Below are positions 51,279 to 59,809 of a stretch of DNA of 64,000 bases, in pieces. The translations under genes were made by a program, and so were the position numbers. Under the pieces are notes generated by a model. The model was not told the origin of the DNA. It searched no databases and saw only the letters and a program-made list of their open reading frames with translations. The stretch is from Glaciecola sp. Lineage in GTDB: Bacteria > Pseudomonadota > Gammaproteobacteria > Enterobacterales > Alteromonadaceae. The stretch spans positions 90-64,089 of the forward strand of contig CBFHTO010000014.1 of NCBI GenBank assembly GCA_965658765.1, given 5' to 3'. Numbering within the stretch: position 1 is the first letter of the stretch; each line of letters begins with the position of its first letter.

Positions 51279-51310
51279 AAAAAAAATGCTAGCGATTTGC
51301 TAGCATTTTT
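51279..51310 (-). terminator. Terminator downstream of nhaD
   Basis: AAAAAAAATGCTAGC-GATTT-GCTAGCATTTTT. Confidence 0.85.
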
Positions 51311-51336
51311 GATTCAGATATTGTGTTTAATAGTGT

Positions 51337-53214
51337 TTAGAGGCCACTGCCATTTAGTAATAAATGAACACCGATACTGGCCACATATCCTAAGGCTATC
51401 ACTGGTGTCCACTTGAGATGCGCCATGAAGGTATATTTACCCCTAGCGGCACCTAGCAGGGCAACACCAGCTGCAGAACCTATTGCTAGCATACTTCCAC
51501 CAACACCCGCGGTCAGTGTAACCAACTGCCATTGTTCAAGTGGCATGACGGGATCCATCGTTAATACGGCAAACATCACCGGAATGTTATCTACAATCGC
51601 AGATAATACACCTACAAGCGTATTCGCCCAGATGGGGCCTAAATCGTTGTACATCAATTCAGATATAATGGCCATATATCCAAATTGACTAAGACCTGCT
51701 ACGCATAAAATAACGCCATAGAAGAAAAGCAAGGTATCCCACTCGGCTCTTGCAACTTTCTCCATAACATCAAATTCTTTTACGTCGGCTCGCTGATCAG
51801 TCATGTCTTCAAACATTTCAACCGCGCCGATGCTATTGCCATTTTCATCTCTTATGGGAGCGGCACTGAACATTAAATACGCGCCCAAATTATCAAAATA
51901 GTTCGCGGCATCGTAAGACTTTCCATCTATTGGGTTATCTCGATATTGACCTCTGTAGTGCTGTCGCACACCCGTTTCTGATTTATCGTCAAGCACAACA
52001 TCTGCAAGCGTTGGACGCTCCTTTTTATAGAACGCTTTCCACTGGTCTTTTTTACCAATCATTTCAGCAGCTTTAATACCAGTAAGCTTCTCTAAGGCAG
52101 GGTTCCAATGTGTGACAGTATGGTTGTTGTCAATTATAAATGCAGGGTATTGCTGCTCGTTGATATGATCGCCGATTCTTTCTCCATAACTTTCTAGTAC
52201 TTTTAAGGGATTATTGTGTGATTCGTTTCTACCACCGAAGATAGAATCCGCAGCGATGGTTTTACCTTCTTGACGCTTAAGGTAGAACGAGTAGAGGCCA
52301 AGGTATCCTAAACCAAACATCATGCCTGTAGCTGGAGGTAAATGCAGCGCAGTATGGAAAGTGACGGCTGTGGCAATGGTTGCTAAGAATAGGCCGATCA
52401 TAATTTGCGCGCCGCGTTTCATCACCACATGATCATCAGACGCTTCAGGTGCCCCTTTAGGCAAAGCGAAACTCATTATTACGGCTGGCACTAACCAGTT
52501 AACTACTGATGGAACAAAAATTGGAATAAATTCTAAGAATTCTACTTTACCCTTTTGCCACACCATCAGCGTGGTTATATCTCCAAACGGAGAAAAAGCC
52601 CCACCAGCGTTCGCAGCAATTATGACGTTGATACATGCAATCGATATAAATTTTAGATCTTTGCCACCAACGGCCATTACCACAGCACCCATCAAAAGAG
52701 CAGTGGTTAGGTTATCAGCGATAGGAGAGATGAAGAAAGCCAGCACCCCCGTTATCCAAAAGACCTTTTTGAGAGAATATCCACGAGAAACTAAAAATGC
52801 ACGCAAAGCTTGAAATACGTTGCGTTCTTCAAGCGCATTGATGTAAGTCATGGCAACTAAAAGAAACAAGAATAACTCTGCATATTCGATAATAGCGTGT
52901 TTTATTGCGTCATGCGCATAGTCTGACATACCGATGTCTTTAAATGCCAATGCAACTAAAATCCAAATTACACCAGCTGCAAAAAGAACCGGTTTACTTT
53001 TCAGTAAGTGAATCTCTTCTTCTAATGGTACAAGTGAATAAGCTAGGACAAAAATTGCGACTGCGGCATAGCCATAAAAAGTGGCACTAAGATCGGGTAT
53101 TGTAATATCACCTGATGCAAACGAATTAAACGGCAGTAAAAGTAGGGTGGCGAACGTTAACAGCAAACGAAAGCTTAGGTAATTGCTCATAGATTGAAGT
53201 ATCGACGTATTCAT
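51337..53214 (-). CDS. nhaD: NhaD-type Na+/H+ antiporter with an internal PAS domain
   Basis: NhaD motifs LEEEIHLLKSKP, AELFLFLLVAMTYINA, SPIADNLTTAL, ANAGGAFSPFGDITTLM, RAEWDTLLFFYG, SAIVDNIP, GGSMLAIGSAAGVA; PAS-like insert at about aa 345-476. Confidence 0.9.
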   Translation of the reverse strand: MNTSILQSMSNYLSFRLLLTFATLLLLPFNSFASGDITIPDLSATFYGYAAVAIFVLAYSLVPLEEEIHLLKSKPVLFAAGVIWILVALAFKDIGMSDYAHDAIKHAIIEYAELFLFLLVAMTYINALEERNVFQALRAFLVSRGYSLKKVFWITGVLAFFISPIADNLTTALLMGAVVMAVGGKDLKFISIACINVIIAANAGGAFSPFGDITTLMVWQKGKVEFLEFIPIFVPSVVNWLVPAVIMSFALPKGAPEASDDHVVMKRGAQIMIGLFLATIATAVTFHTALHLPPATGMMFGLGYLGLYSFYLKRQEGKTIAADSIFGGRNESHNNPLKVLESYGERIGDHINEQQYPAFIIDNNHTVTHWNPALEKLTGIKAAEMIGKKDQWKAFYKKERPTLADVVLDDKSETGVRQHYRGQYRDNPIDGKSYDAANYFDNLGAYLMFSAAPIRDENGNSIGAVEMFEDMTDQRADVKEFDVMEKVARAEWDTLLFFYGVILCVAGLSQFGYMAIISELMYNDLGPIWANTLVGVLSAIVDNIPVMFAVLTMDPVMPLEQWQLVTLTAGVGGSMLAIGSAAGVALLGAARGKYTFMAHLKWTPVIALGYVASIGVHLLLNGSGL

Positions 53215-53379
53215 CTTATATCCAATAGGTGGTTCTTTTAATGAAATGTGGCAGGGAAACTATCACTGCCAGAACACCTGAGCAATTACACCTTTGGGTG
53301 AGATGAGGTATTTTGACTATTTTTATAAGAAATATTACTGATCACCAAAATACCAAGATGATAGTAAATACTCACTAGT

Positions 53380-53826
53380 TTACCATGTACCCGTATTGTC
53401 CATAGACACCCATGGTTCTTTTGCATCTAGCGCTTTGCCTTTTTGTAAAAGCTCGATAGAAATACCGTCAGGCGATTTCACAAACGCCATATGTCCGTCT
53501 CTAGGAGGGCGGTTAATAATAACCCCAGCGTCTTGCAGTTTTTTGCATAAGGCATAGATGTTTTCAACACGAAACGCTAGGTGTCCAAAAGCTCTTCCAT
53601 TTGCATAAGGCTCATCTTGTGGGTCCCAGTTATAGGTCAGCTCAAGTAAAGGCGATTGTCTGTCTTTGGCAAGGGCTTTATCTTCAGGGGCTGCAAGATA
53701 GACGAGTGTGAAGCGACCTTTATCACTTTCGTAACGATTAATTTCAACTAGGCCCAAAAGGTCGCAATAGAAAGCCATTGACTCAGATAAGTCGCTCACT
53801 CTCACCATAGTGTGTAAATACTGCAT
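53380..53826 (-). CDS. gloA: Lactoylglutathione lyase (glyoxalase I)
   Basis: [10 protein letters not shown]; RFTLVYL; LELTYNW; FGHLAF; [13 protein letters not shown] at 53826 with GGAG RBS. Confidence 0.9.
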   Translation of the reverse strand: MQYLHTMVRVSDLSESMAFYCDLLGLVEINRYESDKGRFTLVYLAAPEDKALAKDRQSPLLELTYNWDPQDEPYANGRAFGHLAFRVENIYALCKKLQDAGVIINRPPRDGHMAFVKSPDGISIELLQKGKALDAKEPWVSMDNTGTW

Positions 53827-54033
53827 ATAACTCCTTAGTATCACTTAAAAATTCAATAATAAACCATTCTTAATATGGTTCTAGTTTTATCCAATATCAC
53901 AGGGTACACTTGTATAAACAACAAGCAAAAATTAAATCGAAACTTTGCTGTTAAACAAGAAATACAAACGACATCAGAATAATGATGATGGTCTATTGAG
54001 CTAATACTAATAAATAAAAAGAGAAATCGCCCA

Positions 54034-55722
54034 ATGAAAAATATTACTTTTCTTGTTCTTAGTCTTATATGTTTTAGCAATTCTCTACTTGCTTACGACC
54101 GTATTACTGGTTTTCCTTTTGCGACGCGCTCGGAAGTGATTGCCCAAAATGGAATGGCAGCTACTAGCCAGCCACTTGCCACACAACTTGCCTTGGATAT
54201 TTTGAAAAGAGGTGGTAATGCGGTGGATGCCGCCATCGCCGCAAATGCAATGCTTGGCTTGGTTGAACCTACAGGTTGTGGTATCGGCGGGGATTTATTT
54301 GCCATAGTGTGGGATGCAAAAACGCAAAAATTATATGGTTTGAATGCATCTGGCCGTTCTCCAAAATCACTCACTCTTGATTATTTTAAAGAAAATCGCA
54401 TCGACAGTATCCCTAAATTTGGACCCTTGCCTGTTTCTGTACCTGGCGCGGTTGATGGTTGGTTTAAGTTACAAGAACGATTTGGCAGTATGAGCATGCA
54501 AGAAATTTTGGCACCTAGCATTGCTTACGCCAAAAGTGGATTCCCAGTTTCGGAGTTAATTGCTTACTATTTAGAGGTAAATCAAAAACGTATCGGGCAT
54601 TATCCTGGCTTTACAGAGACATTCACGTTTGACGGTAAGACACCCAAAAAGGGACAAATATTTCGCAATCCTGCTCTTGCAAGTACCTATGAAAAAATCG
54701 CAACGGGTGGCCGTGACGCATTTTATAAAGGTGATATTGCACGGGTTATTGGAGCTTTTATGAAGGAGCAGGGTGGATTCTTGAGTTATGAAGACATGGC
54801 ATCACATACCTCTGACTGGATAGAGCCGGTTTCGACTAATTATCGGGGATATGACGTTTGGGAGCTACCGCCTAATGGTCAAGGGATCGCGGCATTGCAA
54901 ATTTTAAATATTCTGGAACTTTATGATATCGAAGGTATGGGATTTGATTCACCAGAATATGTTCATACCTTTGTTGAGGCGAAAAAACTGGCGTTCGCAG
55001 ATAGGGCAAAGTTTTATGCTGATCCAGACTTTAATGAAATCCCTGTTGATTGGCTTATATCAAAAGAGTACGCAAAGCAACGTCAAAAGTTAATCGATGC
55101 TTCACAAGCAGCAAAAAGGGTTGATGCTGGGCGACACGAGGGCGATACGATTTATTTAACCGTCGCCGACAAAGATGGAAACATGGTTTCGCTTATTCAA
55201 AGCAATTACCGTGGGATGGGTTCTGGTATGATCCCTACGGGGCTTGGCTTTGTGCTGCAAAATAGGGGAGAGATGTTTGCTCTTCAGCAAGGACATTTTA
55301 ATCAGTATGCACCAAATAAACGTCCTTTCCATACGATCATTCCTGCTTTTGTCACTAAAAATAACCAGCCATTAATGAGTTTTGGGGTCATGGGCGGAGG
55401 TACTCAACCTCAGATGCACGCTCAAATAGTGGTAAATATGATTGATTTTGGTATGAATTTACAAGAAGCTGGAGACGTGCCAAGAATTATTCATACTGGT
55501 TCGAGCACTCCGATGGGTAAAGTTATGACTGATGGCGGCTATATCAGCCTCGAATCGGGTTTCAGCCCACAAACACGGCGCGAATTGATCAAAAAAGGGC
55601 ATGTTTTAAGGGATAGCTTAGGCGCTTTTGGTGGTTATCAAGCTATTATGTATGATGCAAAGAATGAAACTTATTTCGGCGCGTCTGAATCTCGTAAAGA
55701 TGGACAAGCGGCAGGATATTAA
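54034..55722 (+). CDS. ggt: Gamma-glutamyltransferase (secreted)
   Basis: Signal peptide; GGNAVDAAIAA; GIGGDLF; nucleophile GDTIYLTVAD; KRPFHT; GVMGG..Q. Confidence 0.93.
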   Translation: MKNITFLVLSLICFSNSLLAYDRITGFPFATRSEVIAQNGMAATSQPLATQLALDILKRGGNAVDAAIAANAMLGLVEPTGCGIGGDLFAIVWDAKTQKLYGLNASGRSPKSLTLDYFKENRIDSIPKFGPLPVSVPGAVDGWFKLQERFGSMSMQEILAPSIAYAKSGFPVSELIAYYLEVNQKRIGHYPGFTETFTFDGKTPKKGQIFRNPALASTYEKIATGGRDAFYKGDIARVIGAFMKEQGGFLSYEDMASHTSDWIEPVSTNYRGYDVWELPPNGQGIAALQILNILELYDIEGMGFDSPEYVHTFVEAKKLAFADRAKFYADPDFNEIPVDWLISKEYAKQRQKLIDASQAAKRVDAGRHEGDTIYLTVADKDGNMVSLIQSNYRGMGSGMIPTGLGFVLQNRGEMFALQQGHFNQYAPNKRPFHTIIPAFVTKNNQPLMSFGVMGGGTQPQMHAQIVVNMIDFGMNLQEAGDVPRIIHTGSSTPMGKVMTDGGYISLESGFSPQTRRELIKKGHVLRDSLGAFGGYQAIMYDAKNETYFGASESRKDGQAAGY

Positions 55723-56679
55723 ATGAGCCAAGCACAGAAAGGCATCTGCGCAGAGCCTAACTTACATTCTCTGTATTTGTTGTTTAATGTTGTGGACGAA
55801 GACATCGAATGCATTCGCTCTAAGCTTTCGAGGTTGCTGGATATTTTCGAACATTTTGATAATGAACATTATGAAGCGATGGTATCTGGTGTTATCGGCA
55901 TAGGTCATGCATTCTGGGAAGAATTATACGGTGAAACCCGTCCGATGCATTTGTCGCCTTTTCCAGACATGCAATGTGAGGACAGAGTTGCACCAGTCAT
56001 CCTCGCTGATTTATTCATTCAAATAAGGGCAGACCGCTTAGATATATGCCAAGCGATGGGCATGGAAGTTATGCAGGTCTTAAAACTTCATACCGAATTG
56101 GTAGAACAGATCCAAGGCTTTCGATATTTGGATGGCAGAGACTGGACCGGTTTCGTGATTGAGGACGCCAACCCAAGGGGTAGCAAAAAGTTTAAAGTAA
56201 GTTTGGTAGGTGATGAGGATCCCGTATTTACAGGCGGTTCATATATTCATATTCAGCGCTATCGCCATGACATGCAAAAGTGGAATACTCTTTCCGATAA
56301 GTATCAGCAACAAGTAATGGGTAAAACAAAAGAGCACAATTTAGACGTAGTCGGTCCTGAGCTTGATTCACATGCGTTTAGGACGAAAATTGTGGGTCCC
56401 GGAGGGCAGTATCCGATTTATCTCAATCAAAGCATGCCATATGGTGACATGACCGCTCAAGGTATATATTTTGTCGCCTGTAGCAGTCATCCTCAGTCAT
56501 TTAAAGACTTGCTACATAGCCGGATTTATGGAGATTCAAATGGTCATTATGACCGTTTATTGGATTACACCGTCGCAGAGACGGGAGCTGCATTTTTCGC
56601 GCCGCCAATGAGCTTTATTCGTCAACAGGCGCTGTCACAGCAAGCTGAAGAGCTCGATAGTGATGTACTAGACAACTGA
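55723..56679 (+). CDS. DyP-type peroxidase homologue (YfeX-like) with altered distal residues
   Basis: GICAEPNLH; GFRYLDGRD; GGSYIHIQRY; DSHAFR (proximal His); QSMPYG; ETGAAFFAP. GFVDG is replaced by GFVIE. Confidence 0.85.
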   Translation: MSQAQKGICAEPNLHSLYLLFNVVDEDIECIRSKLSRLLDIFEHFDNEHYEAMVSGVIGIGHAFWEELYGETRPMHLSPFPDMQCEDRVAPVILADLFIQIRADRLDICQAMGMEVMQVLKLHTELVEQIQGFRYLDGRDWTGFVIEDANPRGSKKFKVSLVGDEDPVFTGGSYIHIQRYRHDMQKWNTLSDKYQQQVMGKTKEHNLDVVGPELDSHAFRTKIVGPGGQYPIYLNQSMPYGDMTAQGIYFVACSSHPQSFKDLLHSRIYGDSNGHYDRLLDYTVAETGAAFFAPPMSFIRQQALSQQAEELDSDVLDN

Positions 56680-56966
56680 CTAGGTGCAAATAATCTGTCA
56701 CTATAGCAAAGATCAACAGACACTAGTCTACAGCTTTGATATTTCTCATACTCGCACGAAAAGCAGCGCCTATTTCATACTTCACGCCTATTACAGACAA
56801 CGTTAAACTTGAACTAATTGCTAATCGCAACACTATCAATACGGACAGTCAATCCGATAGTAACGCAACGACTCGGTGTTGACAGTGCAATACGATTTCA
56901 ACCACTCTAGATTTTCGCCCTGAATTTACATGTATGTCAAACGCGCAAGGCAATTAAAGGATTGTA

Positions 56967-58043
56967 ATGTTAAAAATTTTAATATCTATCGTAACATTGT
57001 TGAGCTTCGCTTCGTGTCATTCAATCGCACAAACGCTTGAATCAGATCCCTTGGTAATCGGTACGAAAGTGGCGCCTCCTTTTGTTGTTAAAAACGACCA
57101 GGGTGAGTTTGAAGGTATCTCCATAGAGATGTGGAGCCATATGGCTGAAAAACTTGATTTACGCTATCGGTTTGAAGAAGCTGATCTAGCGCAATTAATT
57201 GAGGGACTTGAGCAGAAGCATTACGACGCATCTATTTCTGCCATCACGGTCACATCTGACCGGCTCGAGAGCATTGATTTTACCCATCCGTTCTTTACTA
57301 CTGGACTTGCTATTGCAACTACCAAAAATGAAAGTTCGTGGACAAGTGCCTTAGCTCGGTTTTTCTCTTGGGAGTTTTTGGTCGCGCTTTCTGGTTTATG
57401 TGTGGTGCTTTTGGCGGTAGGGTTTGTGTTATGGCTGTTTGAACGTAAGCGCAATACAGAGCAATTCGGCGGCTCGGCAGCGCAAGGTTTGGGCGCTAGC
57501 TTTTGGTGGGCAGCAGTGACCATGACAACTGTTGGCTATGGCGATAAAGCGCCCACTACGCTTGGCGGGAGAGTAGTAGGCTTGGTCTGGATGTTTGCCG
57601 CGATAATTATTATCAGTAGTTTTACCGCAGCCATTGCAACAAGCTTAACGGTTAGTCAACTTGAATCATCCATTGAAAGCATCGATGACTTATATGGTGC
57701 GAAGGTGGTGACATTGCCTAATTCTGCCAGCGCCACTTTTTTATCGTCAATAAACGTGAATTATACGACAAGGTCTGATTTACCCAGCGCATTAGAAGAA
57801 CTTAGACAAGGCAGTATAGAAGCAGTGGTTTACGATAAACCTATCCTTCAGTATTTAGCTAACACGCAATTCGATGATGAGATATTGATATTACCAGGAG
57901 AAATCGAAAGACAAGACTACGCCATCGGTTTACCTGTAAATAGTCCACTAAGAGAGCCGCTCAACAAGGAATTGTTATCGCTTATAGAAAGCGAAAAGTG
58001 GGAAGTCATCAAAGAGAAATACTTAGGTTCGGGTGAAGAATAA
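56967..58043 (+). CDS. GluR0-like ligand-gated K+ channel (split substrate-binding domain plus pore)
   Basis: Signal peptide; S1 (PPF..ISAITVTSDR..IDFTHPF); M1; pore FWWAAVTMTTVGYGD; M2; S2 (AVVYDKPIL..YAIGLP). Confidence 0.88.
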   Translation: MLKILISIVTLLSFASCHSIAQTLESDPLVIGTKVAPPFVVKNDQGEFEGISIEMWSHMAEKLDLRYRFEEADLAQLIEGLEQKHYDASISAITVTSDRLESIDFTHPFFTTGLAIATTKNESSWTSALARFFSWEFLVALSGLCVVLLAVGFVLWLFERKRNTEQFGGSAAQGLGASFWWAAVTMTTVGYGDKAPTTLGGRVVGLVWMFAAIIIISSFTAAIATSLTVSQLESSIESIDDLYGAKVVTLPNSASATFLSSINVNYTTRSDLPSALEELRQGSIEAVVYDKPILQYLANTQFDDEILILPGEIERQDYAIGLPVNSPLREPLNKELLSLIESEKWEVIKEKYLGSGEE

Positions 58044-58188
58044 TTGTATCTTTTACGATGAGCATAAGTCGTACAAAGGCTAAACCTCTTGTTTTATCGT
58101 TGAAAGCTAGCAGACTTGGCTATGGCTTGCTCGTTGACGATGTCGGGCTTTCTCAGTCCCAATGCTTCTTATACGTGATTAAGATTGC

Positions 58189-58461
58189 TTAACTGGATAC
58201 ACTACAGCATGGAAATCCAAGACAGCATACAAACCAGTAATCGCGGCGATACTGTCTCGAGTGGAAATCTGCAATAAGTTTGACTAGTAATTGCTCGATT
58301 AATGCAAATACTCCCAATCCAGTAATCATCACTAAAGGATACAACACTAAACTAGCAAATAAACTCATTTGAAGCTTCAATATGAATGGCAGGCTGCCAA
58401 TGAATAAAAGTGCAGCAAAGCCTAACAATCGGAAAATAGAAATAAGAAAAGAGTGAGTCAT
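58189..58461 (-). CDS. Small hypothetical membrane protein
   Basis: Two hydrophobic helices; the C-terminal part looks less protein-like and may be frameshifted. Confidence 0.5.
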   Translation of the reverse strand: MTHSFLISIFRLLGFAALLFIGSLPFILKLQMSLFASLVLYPLVMITGLGVFALIEQLLVKLIADFHSRQYRRDYWFVCCLGFPCCSVSS

Positions 58462-58627
58462 AATTAGTACCTATACATAAAATTAAACTGTCTAGTAACG
58501 GACTATAAGGATTTGTGTGGCGACTAACAAAGGTAATATATTCAGCTTATGAGTGAAATTTATTCATCTTTATGACTTTTTTAAAACGCGTCGTTTACTA
58601 TTTGTTGGCCGAACGCTAAGTTAGTAG

Positions 58628-59521
58628 TTACTCATTTTGACTCAAATAAGGTGATTTCTTTAGCCAATCTAAAAAGCATTCGATTTCATGTCTGTGGGAA
58701 TTTTCACTTTTTAGGACGGCATACAGGTCTTTGTCGTACTTTACGTTAATATTGAACAGCTTAATAAGATTGCCTGAATTTACTGTTTTTTGCTCAATAG
58801 GAAATATGCCAAGCGCGATGCCTAAGCCTTCCTCTGCGGCCTTAATCGCGTCGTCGTACCTATCAAAAGACAAAACATGATTACTTTCGATTTTCGGTAA
58901 AGTAAGCTCATCAGCAAACCTTCCCCATACATTTTCTAAACTACTGATATTGATAAGAGGTAAATGACTCAATGCGTCTAAACTATCCAATTTGTTGTTG
59001 GCAAAAAATGTTTTAGAACATACCAGAGAGACATAAATATCACTTAATTTCTGGGAAACGAGGTCGGTCCAATCTCCGTTCCCAATTCGAAGCGCTAGAT
59101 CATAATCTTCATAACGTAAATCAATGACTTCTCCAGACGTTTCAATACGCAAATCAATGTTTGGGTGTGCTTTTTGAAAGTGGCCGAGTTGAGGAATGAT
59201 AATATGAGTGGCTAATGTACTAAAAGTTGTCACTTTGATTGTCGGTTGTAAAAATTGATTTTTGAGTTGTTTTGTTCCTTCCTCAAAACTAGTCAGCCCT
59301 TGTTGAACAAAAGAAAGGTAGAATTTACCAGCCGCATTGAGCGTTACACCGCGGCTTTTCCGTTGAAACAATTGCATACCTAACACTTCTTCAAGAGTTT
59401 TTATTTGATGACTGACTGCAGATGGCGTAATGAATAGTTCAGCAGCGGCAAGTTTAAAGCTCGATGTTCTTGCGGCGGCTTCAAATAACTGAAGTAGATG
59501 AGGGGACGGGTATTTTTTCAT
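58628..59521 (-). CDS. LysR-family regulator (GcvA-like)
   Basis: FEAAARTSSFKLAAAELFITPSAVSHQIKTLE..LFQR; YDLALRIG. Confidence 0.95.
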   Translation of the reverse strand: MKKYPSPHLLQLFEAAARTSSFKLAAAELFITPSAVSHQIKTLEEVLGMQLFQRKSRGVTLNAAGKFYLSFVQQGLTSFEEGTKQLKNQFLQPTIKVTTFSTLATHIIIPQLGHFQKAHPNIDLRIETSGEVIDLRYEDYDLALRIGNGDWTDLVSQKLSDIYVSLVCSKTFFANNKLDSLDALSHLPLINISSLENVWGRFADELTLPKIESNHVLSFDRYDDAIKAAEEGLGIALGIFPIEQKTVNSGNLIKLFNINVKYDKDLYAVLKSENSHRHEIECFLDWLKKSPYLSQNE

Positions 59522-59575
59522 TAATAGCGTTACGCAACAAATGTAGTACTCCGTAAACGATACACTAAATTCACA

Positions 59576-59588
59576 TGAATTTCATTCA
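59576..59588. promoter_or_regulatory. Possible LysR-type T-N11-A box
   Basis: TGAAT-TTC-ATTCA dyad about 55 bp upstream of the LysR start; short motif, so weak support. Confidence 0.3.
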
Positions 59589-59809
59589 GCTATTCCTTAA
59601 TTTTCAGTCTATCAATGTATGGTTCAACTAGAAAAAAACGCCTCTAAATATTTTCAAGATCATATAGTTTCCATTCGAACGATTTGGGGCCAATGGTTTG
59701 TCTAAGCAGCACTAGTTTTATACTTAAGAACCTTTAAAAGTTTACAAGCGCAACGGCAAGAAACAAAATTGGCGTTAAATCTAATAAAGTCTCAACAAAA
59801 ATTATTTTT

